Part shown: positions 49,562 through 63,019 of the stretch, one piece after another
Layout of the letters: each line of letters starts with the position of its first letter
How positions within the stretch are numbered: position 1 is the first letter of the stretch
Assembly (NCBI RefSeq): GCF_018350175.1
Contig: NC_058368.1
Coordinates: 13,704,001 to 13,768,000 of the forward strand
Origin: Felis catus
Taxonomy: Eukaryota
Reading direction: 5' to 3'
DNA length: 64,000 bases
Made by a program: the position numbers and the translations under genes
The notes under the pieces: generated by a model
Database searches by the model: none
Told to the model about the DNA's origin: nothing
The model's input: the letters and a program-made list of their open reading frames with translations, nothing else

Positions 49562-50980
49562 CCATACTAAAGAGTTTGCACTTAACTCTACCCAAAGGGG
49601 AAAAGGGAGCCATTGAAGAGCTTTCATTGGGTGACAGGATAAACTTCTCTTCTAGGGTTGAGACCACCTGTCTGCATCTTCACAGGAGAAAGAGCAAAGG
49701 CTCAAGGCAGAAATAAAGGCTGTTACAGAAATACCTGTGAGAGACTATGGTGGCTTTAATTAAGGCAGTTGTGGTCAAGAGAGGGGGGCACATTTTAAAG
49801 ATGGAGAGAATGAACTGGACTAAGAATTAATTAGAATATAAACAGTGATATGATGAGAAAGAAAAAACAGTTAATTCCCAGTTTTTGTGCTTGGCAACTC
49901 TGTAGATGCTGGTGTTCTGTACTGAGGTATGGGTAGAAGAGGGGAAGATATTGACAGTATAGTAAATGTATTGAGAAATAAGGACTTGATGCCCAGAAAG
50001 CAGATGGACATTTAGGTCTGGCATTTGGATGGTCATGTGGAGTATGCGTTTAGTGATAGGGACAAACACACCACAAGAGTTTAGTCACCAGCACAGGAAA
50101 AAAAATAATGATGGCCAAAGTAGGGCTGAAGGATTTAGAAGTAACATATTCTAGATGTATTCAGGAAGTAAATTGCTTTTTCCCCTTCATTCTCCAACCA
50201 TTCAAACATTATTCACTACCCAAGACTGTGTTAGTTGCTTTTATGAAATGGGTAATCGCAAGTCTGAACATTTTGGGTGGTGAAGACTTTGGCCTCTGCT
50301 AACATCTTTTTGCATTCTGATATTTAGAACCTTTTTAGAGTTCATGCAAGAAACAGAGCAAAACCTTCTCATTTCATAGGCACAATGGAGTATTTGACCC
50401 AAATTGCATAGCTAATTGGCCTCCAAACTACAATTAGAAGTCCTTCTAATACTGCACCTTTTCACTATCTTCTGCTACCGCTGACTTCTCAACTTCATGT
50501 TTACTTGTATTTAAAACAGCCTTCTAGAAATCTACAGAACATCAAGAAGCCACACTTTGAGCAATCCATCCTTATCCCCAAGGGTACATTAGAGCTCAAA
50601 TCATGAAATTAATAGTTATTTGCTTACCCAGGATCAATATATTCCCTGGCTAAGATGAGTGATTGCTTTTGGAGATGACATAAAAGAGATCTGGAGTGAG
50701 TGCTGCTGAGTGATGCTGACAGATTAGAAAGTGAGGCTGGGGAGGGTGAGACCCACAGTAGAACAGGTGAAAGAGGCCTGCTTCAACCAGGCCAGTCCTT
50801 AAACTTGCAACATGTTTTGCTCCAGGGAAGAGTGGAGACATGGAATGAATAACTGAGCCCTTGTAATTAAGAACCTTGAGTTTGGAAATTTTCAGGAAAC
50901 CTGATTTCCTAATCTGAGTCCCCACATTCTAGGTGTCGTCTGATTTTGGATCAACATCTTCATCAAACAATCAAACAAAA

Positions 50981-51187
50981 TTTTTTTTAATGTTTATTTT
51001 TGAGAGAGAGAGAACACGAGCAGGGGAAGGGCAGAGAGAGAGACACAAACATACACACAGAATCCAAAGCAGGCTTCAGGCTCTCAGCTGTCAGCACAGA
51101 GCCTGACGCAGGGCTCGAACACATGAACAGTGAGATCATGACATGAGCTTCAGTTGGACACAACCAACTGAGCCACCCAGGTGCCCC
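50981..51187 (-). mobile_element. Can-SINE
   Basis: Reverse-complement SINE with tcaaacaa flanks. Confidence 0.94.
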
Positions 51188-51727
51188 TCATCAAACAATT
51201 GTTAATTGATTAACCTTATGTGTATGTCCCAAGTTGGGAGTAGACATCCACTGAAGAACCCGATGTTCCAAAGGAAAATCCATAATCAAAAGGGCAAAAT
51301 GGCCCTAGTTTAGGGTTAAAACAACACAATGTATATAGGTTATCAAAATCCCTAAAACAGTTCAGATTTATTCAAATTACTATTTTATCGTGAAATGAGA
51401 AAATGAAAGAGCCATGCTAATACAATCAATCTAAATTGAGATGCTGTATTCTTTATGAGCCACTTCTCCTTTCAAACTATGTCAAGAACAAGTGTTCACT
51501 AAATGCATTTCTTTTAGAAGCTGTCTTAATGTGGAAGTAAAATACTGTATACACTCACTATTTCCATGGTAACTATTTTCTTACTAAATGGAAATAGCAT
51601 AATCAACATTTAAAACCTTCTATTTTCTGAAATGTTCCTGTTGTGTGAATGTGTTTTATGTGTAAGTTACATCCAGTGTCTTCATTTTTTATTTTCTTCT
51701 GTTAATTCTGTTTATTTTCTTCTGTTA

Positions 51728-51940
51728 GGGCACCTGGGTGGCTCACGTTACCAGGTGGCTCCGTTAAGCGTCTGACTTGATTTTGGCTCAGGTCATGATC
51801 TCAAGGTTCATGAGATCGAGCCCCATGTTGGCCTCCATACTGATGGCATGGAGCCTCTCAGCCTCTCTCCCTCTCTCTGTGCCCTTTCCCCACTCGTGCT
51901 CTTTCTCTTGCAAAATAAATGAACTTTTTTAAAAAAAAAA
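51728..51940 (+). mobile_element. Can-SINE with a duplicated 5' segment
   Basis: ggtggctc occurs twice in the head. Confidence 0.9.
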
Positions 51941-52247
51941 GTAATTTTGTTAAATTTCATGACTATGTATAGGAAAAATAATGTACTATATCTAAGATAT
52001 AATCCTTTAATATTTGAATATTTTGATATAAAAAGTGGCCAACTTCTTTTCTCAAAGAATCCAGAACTTTGAAAAAGGTAATTCAGTGAGTATATGTCCT
52101 AGATGTGTCTGGTAAACACTATAAGAAATGCTTTGTCTGTGTTGAAGAATAATTTTTAGAAACAGATGAAATAGTATCTCTCATATAGATATGAAAATTA
52201 ATACATTAAAAAATTTTTATTTTAGTCATTATAAAACAAACAGGTCA

Positions 52248-52462
52248 GGGGCGCCTGGGTGGCTCAGTCGGTTAAGCGACCGACTTGGGCTGAGGTCATG
52301 ATCTCGCTGTCTGTGAGTTCGGGCCCGAGTTGGGCTCTGTGCTGACAACTCAGAGCCTGGAGCCTGTTTCAGAGTCTGTGTCTCCCTGTCTTTGACCCTC
52401 TCCCATTCATGCTCTGTCTCTGTCTCAAAAATAAATAAACGTTAAAAAAAATTAAAAATAAA
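52248..52462 (+). mobile_element. Can-SINE
   Basis: TSD ataaaa(c/g)aaacaggtca. Confidence 0.95.
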
Positions 52463-52890
52463 AGAAACAGGTCATAAAGGGTCTCTCTGTAACCAAACTT
52501 TGATCAAGTTCCCCTGAGCCCTATTCTCAGCCAGGCCTCGGACTCCGCCCTCATCCTTCCTGCCCCAGTGTCTCTAGTTCCCAGTGTTGCCCTGGGGCTA
52601 ATTGTTCCTTCTAGGTTTTTTTTTTGTCTTTTGCAGTCAGTTAGGCATCACCTTTCTCTGCTCTGCAAAGTTGGTTATCACCTGTCCATCTCTTTTCTGA
52701 CTTTCAAAATTTGATTCACACCTCCAATCAACAGTCCCCTTTCATGTTCGTTTTGTCCCTATGGTTCATTCCCGTGGTTCATTCCTTTATTGTCATTCAG
52801 TGGGGCTTTGAGAAGAAACAGATATAAATAAATGTTTGCATTCAATTCACCATGTTTAAATAGCTTGTTGATTGGTCAGTACTCTCTCTA

Positions 52891-52915
52891 TTTTTTTTAA
52901 TGTTTTTAACTTTAT

Positions 52916-52949
<34 letters not shown>

Positions 52950-53127
52950 TGCATGTGCGATTCGCCAGTGGTGGGGAGAGGCAGAGAGAGGAGAGAAAGA
53001 ATCCAAGCAACTTCCACTGCTGTCAGGGCAAAGCCCCATGGAGGCTTGAACTCATGAAGCCTTGAGATCATAACCTGAGCAGAAATCAGTAGTCAGACGT
53101 TTAATCCACTCAGCCACCAGGTGCCCC
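52891..53127 (-). mobile_element. Can-SINE
   Basis: TSD CAGTACTCT. Confidence 0.92.
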
Positions 53128-53930
53128 AGTACTCTACATTTTACCGCCTCAATCTTTTTTGTCCCACATTTTGCAAATTTACTCTCGATCTGATATTTAC
53201 TAATATTGAATATAATGTTTTCTGAGGTACAGAGAGCTGGTTTTAATGTAGCAAGACCCAAGAATCTTCTTCACAGTAATACTTTAAAAAGCTCTCTCCA
53301 CATCAAAGTCAGGTAAGTATTTACCTAGAGTGATTTCTAGTTCACTTAAAAGTTGATTGGTTTGTTTTTAACTTAACTAGTGCTTGGTTTCCGGTGAGTT
53401 ATTTCAGAATGGTTATTTGTGTTTTGTTCTGTTTTGTTTTGAACTTGCAATGTACTACAGTCTTAAGTTGCTAGACACTACACTTTTATACTTAAAAACC
53501 ACTTGTAATACAAATAACACCACCCCCCAAACATGGAACACTTTCCAGAACCTGTAGACTGAGGAAATTGTGAAGCTCACACCCTCGTTCTAACCTGTAC
53601 TCTCATTCCAAAGAAAATGCCAACCTCTTGCTAAGTATAAAACTTATAATAAGCTTCTAATTTTTCTTGTGATGAATGCATTAATGTTTTTCTTTAACAT
53701 CTAAACTTGCCAACTGAAGAGACTTTACAACCTCAAAGTCACTTTCAATTCAAAGAGAATTAAGCGCCAGCCCTAAAATACTTGAAAGCTGTTATGAGTA
53801 GAATGGGCAGTTCCCAGTTGCCAGAAATAATTCTGTCCCCCGATTTTTTTCAGAAAGGAGCACTAAATGAATACATAGAGTATATGATTAAATTTTTGTT
53901 AGATAATAACACCCCCCCCAAATAGCTGAA

Positions 53931-53982
53931 AGAATGTAAACAAAAACTTTCTTTCTAGAATGTAAACAAAAACTTTCTTTCT
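53931..53982. repeat. Perfect 26-bp tandem duplication
   Basis: AGAATGTAAACAAAAACTTTCTTTCT twice. Confidence 0.95.
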
Positions 53983-54311
53983 CTACTCACAATATTTCTG
54001 ACATCAAATGTGTGTTTTTCTCTCACATCAAGCAATTTCCCAGCTGGTCACACAGTGGGTATCTTACAACCCAATTCTGACACTAACTTCCTGGAGTTAA
54101 AACAGACCCCACAAGTTAAGGGCTTGGTCCCAAAATATTACCTTCTACTTTAGATGCCAGTCACAAGTCCAGATTGCCACCTGCACTGCTGATCAATGGG
54201 CTATAAAAGGAAGATTTCTATAGCCCCCTCTTGGGTTCAATAATATGCTATAACTGCTCACAGACCTCAGGGAAACATTTACTTATGTTACCTCTTTATT
54301 ATAAAGCATAC

Positions 54312-54522
54312 AGGGGTGCCAGGGTGGCTCAGTCGGTTAAGTGACTGACTCTTGGTTTCAGTTCAGGTCATGATCTCATGGTTCATGAGTTCGAGCCCCA
54401 CACCGCGCTCTGCACTGATAGCTGCAGAGCCTACTGGGGATTCTCTGTCTCCTTGTCTCTATATCTTTCCCCCACTGTCTATTTCTGTCAAAAATAAATA
54501 ACCATTAAAAAAAAATAAAGCA
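54312..54522 (+). mobile_element. Can-SINE (older) whose tail/TSD received the L1
   Basis: SINE body preceded by ATAAAGCATACA at 54301. Confidence 0.93.
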
Positions 54523-55683
54523 TGGCACAAAAACAGACACATAGACCAATGGAATAGAATAGAAACCCCAGAACTAGACCCACAAACGTATGGCCAACTT
54601 ATCTTTGACAAAGCAGGAAAGAATATCCAATGGAAAAAAGACAGCCTCTTTAACAAATGGTGCTGGGAGAACTGGACAGCAACATGCAGAAGGTTGAAAC
54701 TAGACCACTTTCTCACACCATTCACAAAAATAAACTCAAAATGGATAAAGGACCTAAATGTGAGACAGGAAACCATCAAAACCTTAGAGGAGAAAGCAGG
54801 AAAAGACCTCTCTGACCTCAGCCGTAGCAATCTCTTACTCGACACATCCCCAAAGGCAAGGGAATTAAAAGCAAAAGTGAATTACTGGGACCTTATGAAG
54901 ATAAAAAGCTTCTGCACAGCAAAGGAAACAACCAACAAAACTAAAAGGCAACCAATGGAATGGGAAAAGATATTCGCAAACGACATATCGGACAAAGGGC
55001 TAGTATCCAAAATCTATAAAGAGCTCACCAAACTCCACACCCGAAAAACAAATAACCCAGTGAAGAAATGGGCAGAAAACATGAATAGACACTTCTCTAA
55101 AGAAGACATCTGGATGGCCAACAGGCACATGAAAAGATGTTCAGCATCGCTCCTTATCAGGGAAATACAAATCAAAACCACACTCAGGTATCACCTCACG
55201 CCAGTCAGAGTGGCCAAAATGAACAAATCAGGAGACTACAGATGCTGGAGAGGATGTGGACAAACGGGAACCCTCTTGCACTGTTGGTGGGAATGCAAAT
55301 TGGTGCAGCCGCTCTGGAAAGCAGTGTGGAGGTTCCTCAGAAAATTAAAAATAGACCTACCCTATGACCCAGCAATAGCACTGCTAGGAATTTATCCAAG
55401 GGATACAGGAGTACTGATGCATAGGGCCACTTGTACCCCAATGTTCATAGCAGCACTCTCAACAATAGCCAAATTATGGAAAGAGCCTAAATGTCCATCA
55501 ACTGATGAATGGATAAAGAAATTGTGCTTTATATACACAATGGAATACTACGTGGCAATGAGAAAAAATGAAATATGGCCTTTTGTAGCAACGTGGATGG
55601 AACTGGAGAGTGTGATGCTAAGTGAAATAAGCCATACAGAGAAAGACAGATACCATATGGTTTCACTCTTATGTGGATCCTGA
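54523..55683 (+). pseudogene. L1 ORF2p C-terminal fragment (about 386 codons, no endonuclease or RT start, non-autonomous)
   Basis: ORF track 54694..55683 extends in frame upstream to TGG at 54523. Contains the L1 ORF2 Cys-rich motif CWRGCG...LLHCWWEC. Confidence 0.93.
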
Positions 55684-55930
55684 GAAACTTAACAGGAACC
55701 CATGGGGGAGGGGAAGGGAAAAAAAAAAAAAAAGAGGTTAGAGTGGGAGAGAGCCAAAGCATAAGAGACTGTTAAAAACTGAGAACAAACTGAGGGTTGA
55801 TGGGGGGTGGGAGGGAGGAGAGGGTGGGTGATGGGTATTGAGGAGGGCACCTTTTGGGATGAGCACTGGGTGTTGTATGGAAACCAATTTGTCAATAAAT
55901 TTCATATATAAAAAAAATAAATAAAAAATA
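54523..55930 (+). mobile_element. Young 5'-truncated LINE-1 (L1_Fc-like): ORF2 C-terminal part, 3'UTR and poly(A)
   Basis: Stop-free frame 54523-55683 ([14 protein letters not shown]...[14 protein letters not shown]...SLLCGS*) matches the mammalian L1 ORF2 C-terminus. It is followed by a G-rich 3'UTR, AATAAA and an A-tail. AAATAAAGCAT flanks both ends (target-site duplication, TSD). Confidence 0.97.
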
Positions 55931-58557
55931 AAGCATACAGATGAACAGCTAGATAGAGACACCTAGGGAGAGGACCAGAAAGATTCTGAGTGTAAGAGTT
56001 TCTGTCCCATGCACTTTTGGGTGCATCACCTTCCTGGCACATATGGATACTTTCACCAACTTGGAAGCTCTACAAACCCTACTGTTTAAGGTTTTTATGG
56101 CATCTTCATTACATATGCATGATTGATGAAGTAATTGGCCAGTGGTGATTAGGTCAGTCTCTGTCCCCTCTCCCTCTCCTGGAGGGTGGTGAGTGGGGTT
56201 CAAAATTCCAACCCTCTAATTACATGGTTGGTTCCTGAAACCAGTCCTCATCCTCCAAGAATCACCCCATTAACCTAAACTCGGGTATAATTGCAAGGCT
56301 TGTACTATGAATAACAAAAAATTCTCCTCTCATCCTTATCTCTTAGAAAATTAGAAGGGTTGGGGGAGCTCTGTGCCAAGAATCAAGGACAAGACCAAAT
56401 ATATATCTCAGTATATCACAGTATCATGGGATGTGAAACAAACATTTAGTTGAAACAACTGTAAAAGGTACAATGAAAACATGTCAGAGACTACTTCAAC
56501 TAAGGACACTTGACTACTTAATTACTCATGCATGAATGAAACAAACCCTTCAAATCTTTTCTAGAAGAAAAATCTTTTAATGATCTTATTGGGGACTAGT
56601 AAAGCATTGGAGATAGGAGGAGAAGCATGCTTCACACCCATTTGAAACATCCCAGAGCTATGCATGCACTCTGAAAAGTTGATGGGCACTAAGATAAAGG
56701 GAGGAAAACACTAGAACAGTTTTCCCAAGACAACTAAGGTTTGGGTGCTTATCAGGTAGTACCCCTACAATAGATTAAAAGAGTAACAGGGCAAGTTACC
56801 AAAAAGTAAAGAGAAGACAACAATGCTATGATATTGCTTCCTCAAATCACCGGTTTATTCTTGAACTAAAACCTAACTATCAAGTGAAGTAACAGTGAGC
56901 AGGAAGACCAGAGGGATTGACATGCAAATAAGCACTCCAGGCAACCCACATTGAATTCTGCACCGGGGAGGAATGTTTGGGGTGTTCATTTACATGTTGG
57001 TTACCAGAAAGTATTTTCAGTTCACAGTCATTTTAAAGCTCTCCTTGTCAGAGCCTGGGAACAAACTCAAGTGTCTGAACAAAAGTGACCAGGCAATGAG
57101 TTCCCTTCTGTAACTCAGAGGAAGACAATGTCTTCCATTGGGAACATAAATATTCTCCTTAGATGTTTATCATGCAAACGGAGCAGAGCCTACCCATTAG
57201 TGTGAATATCTCCTGTTGAAGGAAAGATCTCTGACCACAGAGATCTGAGAGAGACAACAAAGATTGACCTCTTTTCTGCCTTGATCTCTGAATTCTGATG
57301 TCCTGGAGGGCCCAGCTGAGCGTCTCTTCTCAGAAAGAGTAATATCTCACTCTTCCATTAATTACTGCTTCTGCTTCCTATTTATAAAGGGTGCACTTTG
57401 AGAAAAGAAATGTTTCTTTCTTTAATCCACAGCAGTATTTATTGCTTCGGAGGAATTCCGGTCTTACCCTTTGGCAAGCTCGAAGCTCTCGATTTAAAGG
57501 AGCAAAGCAAATGCATTTGCTCTCCTTCATATGAAAAGGCTGTTGTTAACAGGACTCTGTCTCTCAAGTGTAGCCATTTCAGTTATTTTAAAACAAACAA
57601 AAAATAAGCAAGAAAGGATCATCTTAAAGTCTGGAATCCACCTGAGAAATTTCTTTCCCGCAGCGTCTTTGTAATCAGCCCAATTCAATCAATGTCCATG
57701 ATCATTGTTCTTTAAGTGCCCACTAGGGGTGAGCTGCTCTAGTTGGGGTTCAGAGTACTCACTTCTAGACTTTGGCCTCCAACACTTAGCAGGAAAAAAA
57801 TACAAGGCGGGTCCATACAATAATGTGCATTAAACACATCCTAAACCTCTTAAGTTGGATACAGCATTCTCCTTAAGGACAGAGCACCAGAAGAACAATA
57901 GGTGAATAAAGATGTAATCCAGGATGATGTGCTTATAAATAAAATAAAACAGGGCAATGATAACATCTCTTTTCTTTGTACCAAGGGAATGCTTTATAAT
58001 AATAGCCAGATTTTGGCAATGAATACAAATGAGCTAGAAGGGCCTCCAACTGTTGGTGTCTCTTCAGCATGTACCAGGCTAGTTCTTCAGAAATGTGTTC
58101 TTAAGAGTGAGATAATTATTTTAGATACTCTGGTATAACGGACTTCGTCAGTCCTATTGACAAAGTTCATTTCAATGTGCATCTATTACAAGCTATACTC
58201 AGAGGATCCTCTGGAGGTAAATTCTAGCCACTTTTACCAGTGACACTCAAAACGTTTCTCGACTTCACAACCAAGGAATATGGAAAGAAAATACATAGAT
58301 CACACAATGATAGTTTATGTATGACAAACTGCAAATAGCCACCTCCTTAAGGAATGTCTAGATATGTATCCGTTGCCTTTAATCCCACCTAACTCATTTC
58401 GGTATATTAGTTCCGCTCCACACAAGAGCAATGCAAACATTTTTTAAAGCCTGCACATCTTCTCCCACTCCTACAAGCCAGTGTGCAAATATTTAACATT
58501 TATCTCATATTTCTTATCATCAAAGCACCTTCTATCATATGAGAGAAATACATTTTA

Positions 58558-58783
58558 TTTATTTTTTTTTAATTTTTTTTTCAACGTTTATTTATTTTTG
58601 GGACAGAGAGAGACAGAGCATGAACGGGGGAGGGGCAGAGAGAGAGGGAGACACAGAATCGGAAACAGGCTCCAGGCTCTGAGTCATCAGCCCAGAGCCT
58701 GACGCGGGGCTCGAACTCAGGACCGCAAGATCATGACCTGGCTGAAGTCGGACGCTTAACCGACTGCGCCACCCAGGCGCCCC
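58558..58783 (-). mobile_element. Young Can-SINE
   Basis: Near-identical to 44491-44720. Perfect 16-bp TSD AGAGAAATACATTTTA. Confidence 0.97.
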
Positions 58784-60163
58784 AAGAGAAATACATTTTA
58801 GATTTACTCACTATATAAATGAAAACATAGAGACGAAGAAAAAAAATAACTTAGACTATGCATAAGGTCTATGACATAGCTGATATCTGAAATCAGAATT
58901 TCTAAGATACCTTCTCATAAACGTAGGTGTAGCACGTAGAAGTCTTGGTGAATTAGAGTCATAGAATGAGTACTGCCTACTCAGTGGAAGTGTGTGTCTT
59001 ATAAATGTCTTTTCAGTATCTTTTCCGAGAAGTCATTTGTTTCTATATTCTTCACCAAATGGCCTGAATAGAATAATTAATGGCATAATTACTTAAGATC
59101 TTTGAAACAGTTGAAGAGAATCTGATGAATGGATTAAAAATTCTATCCTTTTTATGAGTATCATTACTATAAATCTGGTTATATGTGGAGTTTTTTGAGC
59201 ATTATTAATCATTCTTAAATGCTAAGACAGAAGACTTAGACTTTTAAAGTTATCTCTTTGTGTTTAGCAGGCCACAAAAAACTACTGAAATATTCATTAT
59301 ATTTGTAATTACTTAGTAACCGTCAACATACTGAGTTATTTCAAATCATAATTCTTAGAGACCAGTTGCTTTCCAAAAGAAAATCTTATCCTGAGATAAT
59401 GATCATTTAATTTTAGTACGAAATCAGCTTCTTTCTTAAGGCGAAATCCAGTCTAAAGCCACTGTGATTTTGAACTCTAGAGAGAAATCAATCCCAATTG
59501 AAAACTGCCCTCTTCTGTACAATCTTATTTTGTAGGGAATACATCTTAAGTTTATAGGTTGATTGGAAAACAAGGTGTTTACACAAGACCTAGGATAGAT
59601 ACTAGAACCAAAATGAGGCAAAAAGATAGGGTTTACACTCATATATTAAATAATGGTGGACTTTGGCTGTCTTTTTTCCTAATTCAAAAATTTAAATACA
59701 TTTCACTTCGACATTGACCAAAATAACATAATCATTTTTCTCTCGTTTTATTTTGGCTCCCTATCATTGCCAATATTTCTAGGTCTGACAAGAAACAAGA
59801 CTTCAGAGACAAATTACAGAACAGCAGAAGAAATAAGATGGCTGTGAATCCCAGAGAAAGGATCAGAGGTGAATGGCATGAAGAGATGCGGTTGGGAGAG
59901 AAACAAAAGTGAACAAAACAAAGGGAAATGTCTTAATCAGAACATACCTAGAAATGTAATTATTAAATACAGAAAGGTGTCACAGGGTCTAGGGAACAAT
60001 CTTAATGAATATTCACAGAGTGCAAACCAAGCTATTGTCAGATATAAAAACACAAGTCTGATTCTCTAATCTCTTCCAGGTTATAATAGTTAATATACTT
60101 ATGAAAATGAATCAATCCTTCTTATATATTTGATATAAAACTCCTTAAATGTAAGAAGAAATA

Positions 60164-60622
60164 CAGTAGTCCTCCACTTACCCATGGTTTTGATTTCTAC
60201 GGTTTCAGTTACCTTCAGTCTGGAAGTAAATGAACCTCCTTCTGACTATCCTCAGAAGGTCAATAGTAGCCTAACGCATTGTCACAATGCCTACATCACT
60301 CACCTCACTTCCTCTCATTGAGTAGGTATTTTATTGCCTCACATCATCACAGGAAGAGGAAGGGTGAGTGCAGGACAATAAAAAGTCTTGAAAAGGAGAG
60401 AAAGACCACATTCATATAGCTTTTGTTACAGTATATTTTATAATTGTTGCATTTTATTATTAGTTATTGTTAATCTCTTACTATGTCTAATTTACAAATT
60501 AAACTTTATCATAGGTATATATGTATAATAAAATACATAGTATATATAGGGTTTGATACTATCTATGGTTTCAGGTATCTGAAGTCTGGGAATGTATCCC
60601 CCACAGCTAAGGGGTGACAGCC
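60164..60622. mobile_element. MER44-like (Tigger) DNA transposon
   Basis: cagtagtcctccacttacccatggtttt...aatgtatcccccacagctaagggg termini. Confidence 0.75.
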
Positions 60623-62149
60623 ATAGAACTCTGTATAAACAACAAAATTAGCAAACCCCGAGACTTTTGTCACCTTTATTTAGCATATTAAATATATATT
60701 TACCAAATCAAAAGTACCTTTACCGTCTTGTTTTACCCAGTATTCATTCAGAGGAAAAATTTGTTAAATATTCTCCAACCCAATAATTTCAATAGTTTCC
60801 AATGTGCCTTAAGCAATAATAATTAACTTGGGATTTGTATTTTAATGGAAAACCAGATTTGAAGGGAACTTTTTCTGGAACTTTTTTTCCAGATCTATGG
60901 CTTTGAGATTTCCTTGACATTTTACATATTTACCTGGTATGTACATAAATAAATTTACACATATTTTATGTATGTATTCACATTATACGCATATATACAA
61001 TACTACATATATTATGTGTGCATACATATAAAACAAAAGTTTTAAGAAACAGTATTCTTTGTATACACAATATTCTCTAGTATTTTTACTACATTTTCTA
61101 TTCTATTTCCTCTTTTAAAATATGCTGATCACAACCTGCTAAATTGATTTCACAAGCCATTAATGAATTGCAATCTATAGTTCGAGAAACACTGCTCTCA
61201 GCCAATTAAACATTGTACTTTACTTCAGGTTTCTTCAATTAATCTGATACACTTACAGACAGACTGTTTCATTTATGAAGTGATTGCCAAGACCAATATA
61301 TGACTTATATTGGTCTACCAACCCATAAATGTTCTTACTAGTAACCCATGCAGGCTTTCTCTATAAATTATATGGTTGGTGTCATTGTAAATCTTACAGG
61401 CATTTCCTTTATCTGCAGAAAGTATCTATTTTTGAATGGAGAAAAGAATCCCCACTGAAAAGCAAACTAAATCACACAGTAAATCTAATAGAAAGTGATT
61501 AATGGGATTGGTTGTCAGCATAGTCCAGCTTCCTTCCCTCAAGAAGTGTGAACAGGACCTCAAATCCATCTTCATTAATACGTTACCACTTAGTGTGGTG
61601 TTCTAGAGATACATTTGATAGTTAATAATTAATCAGAAGTCTTTACTAATAGTGGCAGAAGGGAGAATGAATGGGTAGACTTGCCCTGCGTAGAGAGAGA
61701 TTTCCAACAATGACACCAGAGCATAATACCTTAAAGATATAAGACAATGGCCTTTATGAAATCTGAATAGCATGATAGATTTGTAACAGCACAATCTTCT
61801 TTGGAAAAACAAGTTTTACTCTCACTATATCAATAATGCTCACTATTCCACAGCACTTCCCCTCTGGCTCATATAACCCTAAACCTTCCCTGTCATAACA
61901 CCCTGTGTTTATTCTTGAGAATGCTCCTTGTGACTGTAACTAGTTATTTGATCATTATTCATTTTATGTCTGCTATCCCATTTAGCCCGGCTAATTCACT
62001 ATGGAATCCACAGTGGCTAGCCCAGTGCTACTACATCAATAGTACTCAATAAATACTTACTGAGTGAAGGAGGGACTGGAAGGATGAAAGCAAATGTTAG
62101 CAGGTTAATTTCCAGGTTTTTTTCTGCCTTCAAATAGAGGTAGAGACTC

Positions 62150-63015
62150 ACACCGCCACTCGCATATTTACTGTATATTTACTGGAAAGCATGTTCTTTT
62201 TCCTCCTATTCACCCAAGCCAAGAACTTTTCCATCATGTTCAATTTTCCCCCATTGTATTTCATTCAGTTAATGTTTATTGAGCTCCCGCTGCAGACCAG
62301 CAACTACAGTTTCTCTCTAATCCATCCATTCCACTCAGTTCCTTGTGCCACTGCCTCACCATTTCTTCCTTAGATCATGACAATAGCCTCTTATATTTTC
62401 CCTGCATCCTACTTCCGGAAGTGCCCTCCATCCACTCTACATATGGCTGCCCAAGTAATCTTCCTGAAACAGGAGATATAATCCTGCCCCAAATCCTCAG
62501 AGCCCAACTCCTAAATGTGACATACAAGGCTCTCTTTTTCTCCTAGGTTGACCTCCCTGACATAAATTCTATATTCCATATAACAAATAACAAAACTCTT
62601 ACACTTGCTGAATGTCCTGTGCTGTCTCATCACTCCATGACTTTAAACATTCTCTTCCTTCTTCTGGGAATATCCTTCCCACTTTCTTTACCTGAGATAT
62701 TTCCATTCATTCTTAAGGCTACACTGCAAATGATGCCCTTTCCATGAAACTTTCCTGGTCCAATTACCCTTCTTGAATGATTACCCTACTAGATCGTTGT
62801 TCATTTTCTGTGCTCTGGTTTCACTTTGTATTACATATCTATAACTGTATATATTAAATTGTACTGTTATTATTTATTTGCATGCCTATTTCTGGCTCCC
62901 TCTATGAGACTTCAAAGCTCTTCAAAATGAACATTCATGAGCAAGAATGAATATAAAGTTGAATATAAACTTATCTCTATCTATAGTACCTATCACAGAC
63001 ATTGACCATAATAAA
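62150..63015. mobile_element. L2 remnant
   Basis: Pyrimidine-rich decayed L2 3' region. Confidence 0.5.
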
Positions 63016-63019
63016 TTGT

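Larger units (their letters stand above)
53961..56428 (-). mobile_element. MER21-like LTR split by SINE and L1 insertions
   Basis: Segments 53961-54311 and 55931-56428 carry reverse-complement motifs of the LTR at 4150-4890 (caattctgacactaact; catgattgat...attggcca; accctctaattacatggttgg). Confidence 0.65.

Noticed and set aside
4150..56428. Two MER21-like LTRs as the ends of one provirus
   Set aside because: They are in opposite orientation, about 50 kb apart and diverged, so they are independent solo LTRs.
2013..58702. Recurrent ORFs with motifs such as LEPASDSVSPSLSAP or RGRERGRHRI
   Set aside because: These are Can-SINE translations, not a gene family.
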